Shown here one piece after another: positions 26,682-36,202 of a DNA stretch of 64,000 nt. The stretch's first letter is position 1. Every line of letters starts with the position of its first letter. The DNA is taken from IMG/VR virus record IMGVR_UViG_3300042946_000615, positions 7,663 to 71,662 of that record; one strand, 5' to 3'. The notes below the pieces were generated by a model that was given only the letters and a program-made list of their open reading frames with translations, searched no databases and was not told where the DNA came from. Both the position numbers and the translations under genes were made by a program. The DNA comes from a virus.

Positions 26682-27214
26682 TTTCTTTTCCACATACTTA
26701 TTATATATTTGTGACTACCTAATCCAGCCGGTTCGGGGTCTGATGCCCTTTCATATATATAATTACCATATTTAGCAATTTCAGTATCAATAGTTATTTC
26801 TGTTGCGTTTCTTATTTTTGGTAGTAATTCGTTTTTACATATTATTTGAACCATATTATCTGGTATGTTCACTGACTTTGATGACCAATTCAACCAATAT
26901 TTACTATCAAATATGCAAGCTAAGTATAAGGTTTCAGCAGAAGATGCTGATATTGTTGTTCCCATACCAACACAAACAGGACAAACAGAACCGTTAGCAA
27001 AAGAATTTGGTCCGGTACCATTGTATTTATTTGATGATAGTCCTGATATTGTGTCGTAAACACAATTATTACAATATACTGTATTATTTGCTCCAGAATA
27101 TCTTAATAAACATGGAACAGTAAGTCCATTAATAGATAATAGTGAATCTATAGCATTGTTATATAAATTTTTAAATTCTTTACTAATAACATTATCAAAT
27201 ATATTATCATTCAT
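26678..27214 (-). CDS. Head-closure/neck protein with Cys4 motif
   Basis: CNNC...CPVC.G.G zinc-ribbon insert; located in the neck block. Confidence 0.5.
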   Translation of the reverse strand: MNDNIFDNVISKEFKNLYNNAIDSLLSINGLTVPCLLRYSGANNTVYCNNCVYDTISGLSSNKYNGTGPNSFANGSVCPVCVGMGTTISASSAETLYLACIFDSKYWLNWSSKSVNIPDNMVQIICKNELLPKIRNATEITIDTEIAKYGNYIYERASDPEPAGLGSHKYIISMWKRK

Positions 27215-27404
27215 TTATATTTACCGTATCAAGTTGAGAGTAATTAATAATTATATTTTGCTTAGCCGAACTAGAACCATAGGTTAGATAACTATCATTT
27301 ACAACAATAAAGTTCTTAACGGTGTCTACTAACGTTGCCTCTAAAGTTTTAAGGCTCATTTGAATATTAAAGTCTGATGAATTATCAACCTGTAAAATAA
27401 TCAC
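27207..27404 (-). CDS. Hypothetical protein
   Basis: 65-aa ORF; GTG start overlaps the upstream stop. Confidence 0.5.
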   Translation of the reverse strand: MIILQVDNSSDFNIQMSLKTLEATLVDTVKNFIVVNDSYLTYGSSSAKQNIIINYSQLDTVNINE

Positions 27405-27643
27405 GTTGTGACCTGATTTTTAGGTTCTCCCGCTAAGCCAGGACCGGCTGGAGCAAATGGGGCATCGGTGTCAACAATTGACTGTATGCATAATTGAGCC
27501 CATAATGTAGATTCTGCTGCTGAAGACCACGGAGTAGAATTAGGCCAGTCTGGTTGATATACTATTGGTTCATTTTGTCCACTAGCATAAATTTTAATAC
27601 TAAAATCATTTGGGTCCACGGTATAAGTTAAATTTAATGACAT
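27401..27643 (-). CDS. Small hypothetical protein, possibly a fibre assembly factor
   Basis: 80 aa, GGAG RBS, QPDWP..TPW motif; follows a fibre-like gene. Confidence 0.65.
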   Translation of the reverse strand: MSLNLTYTVDPNDFSIKIYASGQNEPIVYQPDWPNSTPWSSAAESTLWAQLCIQSIVDTDAPFAPAGPGLAGEPKNQVTT

Positions 27644-27664
27644 TTTAATTCTCCTATTTTGTAT

Positions 27665-29308
27665 TTATGTTAAACAAATCCAATTTGCGTTTGGCGATGA
27701 TCTTTGTGTCCATGTATTACCGTCTGGTGAAACTATTACAATTGATCCATTACTTACTGATATAAAATTATTATCTTCATATATTATATCTTGATACGAA
27801 GCAGCAGGGACGGGGATGGTTGTCCATGAGTTTAGGTCCGTGGAGGTTAATAAATATGATTCGGAGGATAGTGAAACTAAAACATATTTATTGTTATTAT
27901 AAGCTATTCCTGACCAGTTTGAGTATGTTGGTAGTGTTTTTTGAGTCCAATTAATACCATCAGAACTTACTAATAAGTAGTTTCTATTTTTTAGAACTAT
28001 TATAAATTGTCCGTTTATAAATGTCATATTGCTCATAGTATTGGCCGTTACTGGTAAAGTCCTTTGAGTCCAAGTTAGAGCATTGGCAGAAGTAGCATAT
28101 GTTAAAGATAATGACACGGCAACAAACAAACCATTTCCGTAGGCTATATCATCCCAATTTCCGTATGACGGCAATATAACCCTAGACCATGTTGATCCGG
28201 CATCTGATGATTTGGCTCCTCCGTTTGATCCGTGAGACAATGCTATAAAGTAATCATCTCCAAGGTTATTATAACTTTTAGCAAAATATATCTTATTCCA
28301 TAAAGTATCTGTAATATTAAAGCTTGTTAAATTAATTGATGACCATGAGCTTCCATTCAGTGATCTGGCAAAAGTGCTGTTATTATATGCGCAACCAACG
28401 TATGATTTTGAGGCTATGTTATTAGTATATCCCTTAGCAACAGATGACCATAAGGCGGATGACGGCAGATCGTTCGTGGTCCAAGAACTACCTCCATTAG
28501 ACGATATCATGGACTTGTTGTTATTCAAAGATAAAGACACAGCATCAAAATCAACACTAATTAATGATGTTGGAGTAGGAGTTGGTGTGGGGTATCCAAC
28601 AGGAGTAAATGTTGAGGCAGGCGGGGTGCAGTCGCTGTCGTAGGTGCTTCCTACAGAAGAGACATTATTTGGAGTATACTGCGTAATATCCCAAAAAATA
28701 TTTATTAATGAACTAGAAGTAAAATAAGGCTCTTCAGACGCATAGCTTAGTGTTGTGTATATTGCCCAAGACTCATAAAGATTATTATACTCTATAATAA
28801 TTTGATCATTTGGACCACTAACGTTTTTAGTATATCTTGTAATTCCATTATTATTGCTTAATACGTATTGACCATTATATACATCAGGATCAAACGAGCA
28901 AACATACACAGACTGTATCAATGGCGCCACTGATGGCGTGGGAGTTATTGTTCTTGTTAAAGTCGGAGTTACTGTTTGTGTTAATGTTGGTGTTATGGTC
29001 GGGGTTATTGATGGTGTTGGCGTGTTACTTGCTGTTAAACTAATAGTTGGAGTAACTGTTTTGGTAACTGTTGGCGTTCTTGTTGGAGTTCTTGTTGGAG
29101 TTCGTGTAACATTAGGCGCGTTATATGATTGAAATTTATAATATGCAACATCATCAAATTTATCGTCATACAAAGAAGAGATATCATTAAGATTTGGATC
29201 AACATCTTTAGAATTATCAAATCGTTTAAGATTTAATCCTCCAGCATTAACAATGGATGATCCGTTTCTTATTGGTTCGTCTTCTTTTGCCTTAAAAATA
29301 TCTGTCAT
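27665..29308 (-). CDS. Virion surface protein: Pro/Thr-rich linker plus beta-propeller (S.DG..WT repeats)
   Basis: TPT repeats, then multiple SSDG..WT and W..IAYGNG.FVAV blade repeats. Confidence 0.7.
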   Translation of the reverse strand: MTDIFKAKEDEPIRNGSSIVNAGGLNLKRFDNSKDVDPNLNDISSLYDDKFDDVAYYKFQSYNAPNVTRTPTRTPTRTPTVTKTVTPTISLTASNTPTPSITPTITPTLTQTVTPTLTRTITPTPSVAPLIQSVYVCSFDPDVYNGQYVLSNNNGITRYTKNVSGPNDQIIIEYNNLYESWAIYTTLSYASEEPYFTSSSLINIFWDITQYTPNNVSSVGSTYDSDCTPPASTFTPVGYPTPTPTPTSLISVDFDAVSLSLNNNKSMISSNGGSSWTTNDLPSSALWSSVAKGYTNNIASKSYVGCAYNNSTFARSLNGSSWSSINLTSFNITDTLWNKIYFAKSYNNLGDDYFIALSHGSNGGAKSSDAGSTWSRVILPSYGNWDDIAYGNGLFVAVSLSLTYATSANALTWTQRTLPVTANTMSNMTFINGQFIIVLKNRNYLLVSSDGINWTQKTLPTYSNWSGIAYNNNKYVLVSLSSESYLLTSTDLNSWTTIPVPAASYQDIIYEDNNFISVSNGSIVIVSPDGNTWTQRSSPNANWICLT

Positions 29309-29323
29309 AATAATTATTTTGTT

Positions 29324-30343
29324 TTAATTTGTTGGAATGTATGTGACAATTAATTTCCATCCGTCTATATATCCAGAACCAATAGGGTCTGTATCTCTGA
29401 TAATAAGATTCCAATTTCCAGTTATGCCTGATTGATTAAATAAATGGTTAAAACTAGAATTTAAACTTTCTGATGAATATTTAACAATATCAGTTTTATT
29501 ATAAATATTGCACATGTCTCCCTTAGATATATTATGTAAGAATGCTGAAGGGGCAGACTTGTTAGAGAACATGTAGCTAAAATTACTACTATAATTTGGA
29601 ATTTTTTGATTAGCAGATAATAGTATTTTATTTCCAGAAGGTGGGGCTAAAAAGAATTGTAAATCTTGAGGACTATTGTGATTTAAATTATTTATTACCA
29701 ACTCAACATTCTCTATTTTTCTTGTGTCAGAGGTAACAACATAACCACTAACAGTAGAATCATCAGTTAAAGATATTCCTGATCCATTATATATAACTGA
29801 ATAAATATCAAGATTTGTACAACTGGTGGCATAGCATAAGTCATCAGACACCGGAGTTGACGGAGTAGTATCTCCGCCAGAACCAGCGTTGTTGTTATTG
29901 TTGTTGTTGTTAGTATTGTTATTGTTATTAGCAGCTGGGTCCGTGCTGAGACTTACCTCTGGATATAAAGTCTGTCGTTGCTGTATTGTGATTGTACCAT
30001 AAGCTAATCTAACGCTTTTATTTAAATCAGCTGTAGAAACAACGTCTAGATCGTATTTTGCAGTATTGTACGCTATTCCACTAGTATAGTTGGACCCAAG
30101 TTTGAAAGAAATTAATCCTTTGTTATTTCCTTCTAGGGCCCAATTATTTACTTGCATGCTTGCGGGTGCTTTTGAAGAAAAAACAAGACCACTAGAAATG
30201 GGTTGGTTTTCCGGCACTATTTGCATTACAACAGCTTTATCCTGTGATAAATCTATAGAATTATTAGCAGCATCATTATATTGAAACTGCAAATTAAATT
30301 CTGATCCTTGTTCAATGATAAAATTATAATTTACTGCCGACAT
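29324..30343 (-). CDS. Virion protein: BppU-N-like domain, Asn-rich linker, proprotein-convertase P-domain-like C-terminus
   Basis: N-terminus YNFIIEQG...YDLDV resembles 47696-48094. C-terminus L.H....DL...L..PSG...GNW.L.I.D.....G.IDGW.L matches a P-domain. Confidence 0.65.
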   Translation of the reverse strand: MSAVNYNFIIEQGSEFNLQFQYNDAANNSIDLSQDKAVVMQIVPENQPISSGLVFSSKAPASMQVNNWALEGNNKGLISFKLGSNYTSGIAYNTAKYDLDVVSTADLNKSVRLAYGTITIQQRQTLYPEVSLSTDPAANNNNNTNNNNNNNNAGSGGDTTPSTPVSDDLCYATSCTNLDIYSVIYNGSGISLTDDSTVSGYVVTSDTRKIENVELVINNLNHNSPQDLQFFLAPPSGNKILLSANQKIPNYSSNFSYMFSNKSAPSAFLHNISKGDMCNIYNKTDIVKYSSESLNSSFNHLFNQSGITGNWNLIIRDTDPIGSGYIDGWKLIVTYIPTN

Positions 30344-30355
30344 AAAATTTCCTTG

Positions 30356-30865
30356 TTAAAATAAATCTCTTCCTCTATTATCAGAGAATAGGGATCGTGG
30401 ATCAAATTTATTACCAACAAACGGACCAAGAATTGCTCTAACAGCAGTAGCCTGACTAACATCCCAATGAGAAGTTAATTCGTCGTATGATGCGCATGGT
30501 CCTTTTTCTAGTATCTTTATAAATCCGTCCAAACTTCCCTTTACTGTTAATGTTGCTGATCCTAGTGATGCTCTTATTCCTTCTAAAGCGGCCTTTGTTC
30601 TTAGCGCACTCTGGTCAATAATACAAGCTGCCTTAAGAGATACTAAACTAATAAAAATTTCATCATTATGATTAGTTGGATCAGGACTTATATTTCCTTC
30701 AACAACATCCACATTATAAGAATAATCAAGAACAACGTCAAATTGAACATATTTAGCAGCAACTGCTATTATTTGTTTTATTCTTTCATCACTATATGAC
30801 GGTTGATCACTTAAATCATTAATGAGTGTTCTTACAATAATTGGTATTTCTATATCCCAAGACAT
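30356..30865 (-). CDS. Putative head-tail adaptor
   Basis: 169 aa, helical; VR.LI.D.....YSD pattern typical of adaptors; position. Confidence 0.55.
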   Translation of the reverse strand: MSWDIEIPIIVRTLINDLSDQPSYSDERIKQIIAVAAKYVQFDVVLDYSYNVDVVEGNISPDPTNHNDEIFISLVSLKAACIIDQSALRTKAALEGIRASLGSATLTVKGSLDGFIKILEKGPCASYDELTSHWDVSQATAVRAILGPFVGNKFDPRSLFSDNRGRDLF

Positions 30866-30928
30866 AATATGGCCTTTTTAAAAAATGAAATCTTAAGTAC
30901 TTATAGGCATTATCTATTTATACACTTT

Positions 30929-31276
30929 TTAAACTGATCCTGATGGATTTGGGAGCTGATCCTGAATAGTCACAGTACCATCTTCATTCATGGTAAATTG
31001 ACCAATAACAGATGCTCCAATGGCAATATCTGCTGGATTAACAGTGGATATTAATTGACCTAATTGATAATGTAATTCAAATAATTGTTTAGCATCATTT
31101 CCCAAAGCTGCTGATAGTTGTTCTGGAGTAGCATTAGGATTATTCCAGAACATTTTTGACCCTCTATTGAAAGTATTTACCATGTTAAGATATACGTTTT
31201 TAGCTTGCGTTTTTAATGCTTGTGCTATTTGTTCTGGTTGGGCGGGCAGTTGTTTAGGACTAAAATCTAGTGGCAT
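30929..31276 (-). CDS. Hypothetical protein
   Basis: 115-aa ORF with GGAG RBS. Confidence 0.65.
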   Translation of the reverse strand: MPLDFSPKQLPAQPEQIAQALKTQAKNVYLNMVNTFNRGSKMFWNNPNATPEQLSAALGNDAKQLFELHYQLGQLISTVNPADIAIGASVIGQFTMNEDGTVTIQDQLPNPSGSV

Positions 31277-31998
31277 AATAGTTCTCCTTGTTGAATAGTT
31301 AATTGACCATGTTCTTTTACGCTATTAAAGAGTATGATATCTTTTTCATAGTATTTTTCTATTTGTGACTTTTGTTCTTCTGATAGTATTGGTTTGGTTC
31401 TTTTTGCCTTGTTAGCTACTAAGGATTCATTCTCATTTATTCCTATAAACTTCAAACAGTCTCTTAAATTATCAGGAAAGTTAAAGACATAAGTTTCTCT
31501 TTGAATATATTTATGCTGATGAAAGAAATGCACATCGTCTCTTAAGTATCCAAATCGTTTAAAATCTCTTACTGGTAATCCTTGATCTATTCTATTTTGT
31601 CTAGTTTCTAGCTTTTTAGCATTTATTTTTTCTAAATTAGCTAGTTGGTTCGATACTTCAATATCTTCTCTTGTTCGGAGAAAAGCGCTATCATTTACTA
31701 AAGAATCTATTGCTTTATCTATATCTTCAAATTTAATTGCTATTTGCTGACAAGCAGTAATAAATCGATCAACTGGATTTCGTACCATTAATATTATAGG
31801 TTTATCTGGAGTTGTTGATCCGGGACACATCCAGTGCCATTGTTTTTGGCTTTCATCAATACCATTAGGAAATCTTGCATAAACTATTTTTTGATGTTCT
31901 TTTGGATAAAACTCTTTAATGATCAATCGAGCCATAGTTGATGAGCCAACTTTAGCATTAAGAGCAACGCTATAATTAGGAGTAGTATAATAATACAT
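31267..31998 (-). CDS. Sulfotransferase family 2 protein
   Basis: PAPS-binding motifs AKVGSSTM (5'-PSB) and VRNPVDRF (3'-PB), DVHF..Q, and C-terminal YY.KD..LF. Confidence 0.75.
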   Translation of the reverse strand: MYYYTTPNYSVALNAKVGSSTMARLIIKEFYPKEHQKIVYARFPNGIDESQKQWHWMCPGSTTPDKPIILMVRNPVDRFITACQQIAIKFEDIDKAIDSLVNDSAFLRTREDIEVSNQLANLEKINAKKLETRQNRIDQGLPVRDFKRFGYLRDDVHFFHQHKYIQRETYVFNFPDNLRDCLKFIGINENESLVANKAKRTKPILSEEQKSQIEKYYEKDIILFNSVKEHGQLTIQQGELLCH

Positions 31999-33839
31999 TA
32001 TGGATAAGTGGTTAGTTGTGAAACTGGCGGGGTAAAGTTTGAAGAATAAATTGCTGCCCCTCTAATTATTCTAAGATCATCAATGTATGCATTAGTTGTC
32101 TGACTCAATCCATAAGTGGCACCTATTTTTATTTTATAAGGCCCAGCTGGAGTTGGTTGAGTAGCAGAACTTACAAGAGTACCATTTATAAAAAGTTTTT
32201 TAACGCTATTTTTAGAAACACAAGCAACATGATACCATTGAGTAGCTCCAACTGTTCCGCCAGCAGTAGCATCAGTTTGACCATCATTAAATCGTATCTC
32301 ATTGCTAGTATATAAGTAAATATTTACTCCAACCGTTGAGCTTCCATTAGAAAGATTAATCACTCCTTCATAAGCAGCAGTTGCTGTTGGTCGATATATC
32401 CAAAACTCAATAGTATAATCAACTTGTGATAAATCTGGAATTACAAATGATGAATTACCAATATTTCCGCCATTAAACGATAATGATGCGCTTCCATATT
32501 GTTTAATTGATGTGGAAAAAGCTGGACTTCCTCCTAATCCTGATACTGATATATTTTGTGACGATGAGTCTGTGTAGTTACTATTTAAATTTAATAATAA
32601 TGTTGTATATGGTGCTATCGACCCATAAACCGTGTATCCTTTGGTTGTTGCTATGCTAGGATCATCAGAATCACCACCAGTATTGTCACTAACATCTATG
32701 GTTCCGTCTCCATTCAATAAGTCTGTATAAATTTGATTTAGTGATGATGAATCTAAAAGATTTGAACTAACATCTAAACGGTACTCAACTCCGGGAATTC
32801 CAGGGATATAAGTCCATCTACTATAATAGTAGGGGTAACCAACATAACCATATTGACTATATCCAGCAGTTGCTGGTCCAACAATAAATCTTGAATAAAA
32901 AGGTCGTACTGAAGTTAAATTATTATTTGAAACGTCAACATTGTAAAAATATCCGTCTAAAGATCCGTTTGATGTTGACGGATAAATTGTTATACTTTGA
33001 TTTCCTCCAATTGAAGCTTTGCTAAAATTAGTTCCACTAACATAAGTACTTTTTGTTCCGTCCCACCAGTTAACAGTATAATAGCCACTTGAGGTGGTTA
33101 TATTACCAGTTATATTTCCACTAGACTTTGTGCTAACCATAACTATATGATTATATAATTTTGGTGGTATAGTAGAATTTGACGATAATAAAACAGGTAT
33201 AGGACTAAAATAATCAACTTGATAAAGTGCTATTCCTTTTGTTATTCTAAATTCATCAATATAGCCTGAGAATTGCTCAGTTGAGCCTGTTGCAACATTA
33301 CCTATTGTAATCGATCCACTAATACTATTTGGAAAAGATACAGATTCTAATAAACTGCCATTTAGATATAATTTTAAGTTTCCATTAAATCTAACTAATG
33401 ATATATGCACCCATTCATTACGAGGACAAAGAATGCCATGGTAGCCCTGCAAGACATAATCTGATACACTAGTATCATATGTAAACATACCTCTACTATT
33501 ATCATGCAACCATAAGGTATGAGAACCAATTTTAAATATTCCTGGTTGGGCCGCCGTATTGCTCTCGGTATTGAACACCCAGAGTTCTACTGTAAAGTCT
33601 TCATTATAAGCAATATTAATAGTATTGGTGGTTATAACATAACCATACTCTGGAATATATGCGCTAGTATTTCCTACCTTACTTTGAGTGGTACTAATTA
33701 CTGCTCCATTATATGAGGTTAAAGTCATTGCTTGAGAACTACTATCAGTAAAAGTAGTACTATTATTACTTCCATCAAAGTGTAAAAGTAAACTTGCTGG
33801 ATAGGTTCGTTGTGTTGATGCTAATAGCGCATTATTCAT
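31998..33839 (-). CDS. Virion protein with two LamG/concanavalin-A-like domains
   Basis: Two copies of LLL.F/L.G..F/Y.DSS...F/YT.E.W...W.H....L..NG...YID..RI..G.A.Y; central LRR-like segment. Confidence 0.75.
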   Translation of the reverse strand: MNNALLASTQRTYPASLLLHFDGSNNSTTFTDSSSQAMTLTSYNGAVISTTQSKVGNTSAYIPEYGYVITTNTINIAYNEDFTVELWVFNTESNTAAQPGIFKIGSHTLWLHDNSRGMFTYDTSVSDYVLQGYHGILCPRNEWVHISLVRFNGNLKLYLNGSLLESVSFPNSISGSITIGNVATGSTEQFSGYIDEFRITKGIALYQVDYFSPIPVLLSSNSTIPPKLYNHIVMVSTKSSGNITGNITTSSGYYTVNWWDGTKSTYVSGTNFSKASIGGNQSITIYPSTSNGSLDGYFYNVDVSNNNLTSVRPFYSRFIVGPATAGYSQYGYVGYPYYYSRWTYIPGIPGVEYRLDVSSNLLDSSSLNQIYTDLLNGDGTIDVSDNTGGDSDDPSIATTKGYTVYGSIAPYTTLLLNLNSNYTDSSSQNISVSGLGGSPAFSTSIKQYGSASLSFNGGNIGNSSFVIPDLSQVDYTIEFWIYRPTATAAYEGVINLSNGSSTVGVNIYLYTSNEIRFNDGQTDATAGGTVGATQWYHVACVSKNSVKKLFINGTLVSSATQPTPAGPYKIKIGATYGLSQTTNAYIDDLRIIRGAAIYSSNFTPPVSQLTTYP

Positions 33840-33840
33840 A

Positions 33841-36201
33841 TCAGTTGCTCTTACTGCCTATATAGTGACCTTCTACAATTCCACTTCCTATCCCTCTTAA
33901 TAGTACGATATGTCTGCCGCTTGGTAATGGAGAATCTGGTTGTCGGTACCAATCGTTAACTATGGTCCAAGTAACGCTAGTATTTCCGCTGGAAAAAATA
34001 TTGAGCGTAGTTTCTCTTGATACAGAGTTACTTGATGGCCAACCAGTTCCTGTTGTGAAAGTTGTTGCAACTCCGTTAAGTGTTAAAGTCTGGATTTGAC
34101 GATCTTGACCACAATTAATAGCATTAGTTCCACTTATGGTTCCAAGATTAAATACTGAAGTATCATATAGACCAACACCAGATCCGTTCAATTGTAAACT
34201 ATTAGTAAAATTACCACTATTAGCGGTTATTAATCCACTAACTTGTAATTCGCTAGATGGAATAGCGGTTCCAATACCTATTCTATCATTATTTCTGTCA
34301 GTACACAAAAGAGTGCTTGAGCCATAACCATATAATGTCAATCCGTTTTCTGCGTCTAATAAGAAACTAGTATTGGTGCTAGAGTCAAGAAAATAAATAG
34401 AGCCTAAACCGGCGGCAACATTAGTGACGGACTGATTAATATATAGAGTATCTGTTGATAAACTGCCGCCGATTGATGGACCAGCATTAACGAACATGCA
34501 GTTAATTGTACCGGCTATGTTTGGGTCTACGTTTAAAGAGCCATCTATAGAGAACGTGTCATATTGGGCATCAATATCTACAAAAGTTTGATCTGATCTA
34601 GCTATTATTAATCTTCCATTAGTCAAAAATGATGCTGATGGAGTTCCGCTAAGATTTGATAGTCCTATTCCTCCTATTGTAAGTGTTGGTCTATTATTTA
34701 CCCCTGTGATAGATATCAAGTTTAAAACATTTTTATTATTCCCACTCAAATATAAATTACTATTAGCATTAATTCCTATATTAGACCCATCACTAGTTAA
34801 TATTCTATTATTTCCACTATTGGCTATATTTGGTAATAGTCCACTAACACCACTATTAAAATTAGTAATGCTACTACTAGGAATTCCAGTGACTCCTATA
34901 GTTATACTCCCTGAACCATTAATTATACCAATACCACTAACAGTAGTTAAAGTATTAGCAACTAAACTTATTCCGCTACCAATTAGTAATTGTCCATTAC
35001 TATATGTTGAAGTATTTGTTCCTCCTTTAGAAACAGATAGTACTCCAGTAATTTGAGAGGTATTTATATTCGTCAATAGCGCTAATGTTCCGCTGGTATT
35101 TGGCAGATTTAATACTATATTATTTCCATCTGCTGTTGTGGTGCGTAATGTGGTATTAGCAGAAGCAAGGGTGGTTGCTGGAGTCACATCAAATATTAAT
35201 CTACTAGCACTAACACCACCTCCATTATCAAAATAATGTACCACACCTATACCACTATTACCAGCAAACAACAGTTGTTCATCGTAGCCTGGACTATTAG
35301 CTCCTTTGCCTATTAATAGTTCTCTAGTATCTATATAATTAGTACCACCATCATTATAGGAAGTAGAAACACTATTTATACCTAAACCATTACTGGTTTT
35401 ACCAAATAAAACAACAGCATCCGCCGACGAGCCCAGTTCTATTGGGGTATTTATACCATTGCCAACTACCTTTAAACCATCAGCAAATGTTTTAACTCCG
35501 CTAATAGTTTGAGTTCCAATAGTTCTAACAATATTACTACTATCAAAATTACCACTATGCCAAACTCCAGTACCATTAACTTGTAAAGATTGAGTAAAAT
35601 TCCCGCTATTAGCTGTTACTAGTCCGCTAACTTGTAACTTACTGGTTGGAGAACCAACTCCTATTCCAACATTACCACCACTAGTCATAATAAAATCATT
35701 TTGTCCAAAACGACCAGCAACTACTCGGTCATCACTAAAAACTTCAAATACTGGTAATCCAGCATCATTATTAACACTCATTAAACTTCCGCTAAGATTG
35801 TCTGTCACGGAAAATAGTGTTCCTTTGGTTCCGGCCACGTTTAGTATGGTCGCCCCACTAGTTGAACTATAAACATCCAATGGAATACTAGTAAAACTAT
35901 TTTGATTAATATTAACCTTGCTAGCTAGTATCTGGGTAAAAGACCCAGAAGTTCCTATGTTGAGAGTTTTGGATGGAAGTGGTCTGATTTCACCGTTTTG
36001 TTCAAAAATTATATCAACATCATTAATACCATTACCAATATAAACGTCTCTACTAGCATCTCCAATGATTAAATTACCACTAGTAGTAGATAGTGCTAAA
36101 TCATTAGCTGCTGTTAATTCAATCTTTGCTAATGATGACGCCCCAAGATCTTGATAAAAGTCTATTTTACCACTAGCAGGAGTTATAATAATGTCGCTCA
36201 T
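33841..36201 (-). CDS. Fibre protein
   Basis: Gly/Ser/Asn-rich; GNVGIG...P...LQVSG repeats; V.KGGT..T.Y.NGQLLIG module. Confidence 0.7.
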   Translation of the reverse strand: MSDIIITPASGKIDFYQDLGASSLAKIELTAANDLALSTTSGNLIIGDASRDVYIGNGINDVDIIFEQNGEIRPLPSKTLNIGTSGSFTQILASKVNINQNSFTSIPLDVYSSTSGATILNVAGTKGTLFSVTDNLSGSLMSVNNDAGLPVFEVFSDDRVVAGRFGQNDFIMTSGGNVGIGVGSPTSKLQVSGLVTANSGNFTQSLQVNGTGVWHSGNFDSSNIVRTIGTQTISGVKTFADGLKVVGNGINTPIELGSSADAVVLFGKTSNGLGINSVSTSYNDGGTNYIDTRELLIGKGANSPGYDEQLLFAGNSGIGVVHYFDNGGGVSASRLIFDVTPATTLASANTTLRTTTADGNNIVLNLPNTSGTLALLTNINTSQITGVLSVSKGGTNTSTYSNGQLLIGSGISLVANTLTTVSGIGIINGSGSITIGVTGIPSSSITNFNSGVSGLLPNIANSGNNRILTSDGSNIGINANSNLYLSGNNKNVLNLISITGVNNRPTLTIGGIGLSNLSGTPSASFLTNGRLIIARSDQTFVDIDAQYDTFSIDGSLNVDPNIAGTINCMFVNAGPSIGGSLSTDTLYINQSVTNVAAGLGSIYFLDSSTNTSFLLDAENGLTLYGYGSSTLLCTDRNNDRIGIGTAIPSSELQVSGLITANSGNFTNSLQLNGSGVGLYDTSVFNLGTISGTNAINCGQDRQIQTLTLNGVATTFTTGTGWPSSNSVSRETTLNIFSSGNTSVTWTIVNDWYRQPDSPLPSGRHIVLLRGIGSGIVEGHYIGSKSN

Positions 36202-36202
36202 A

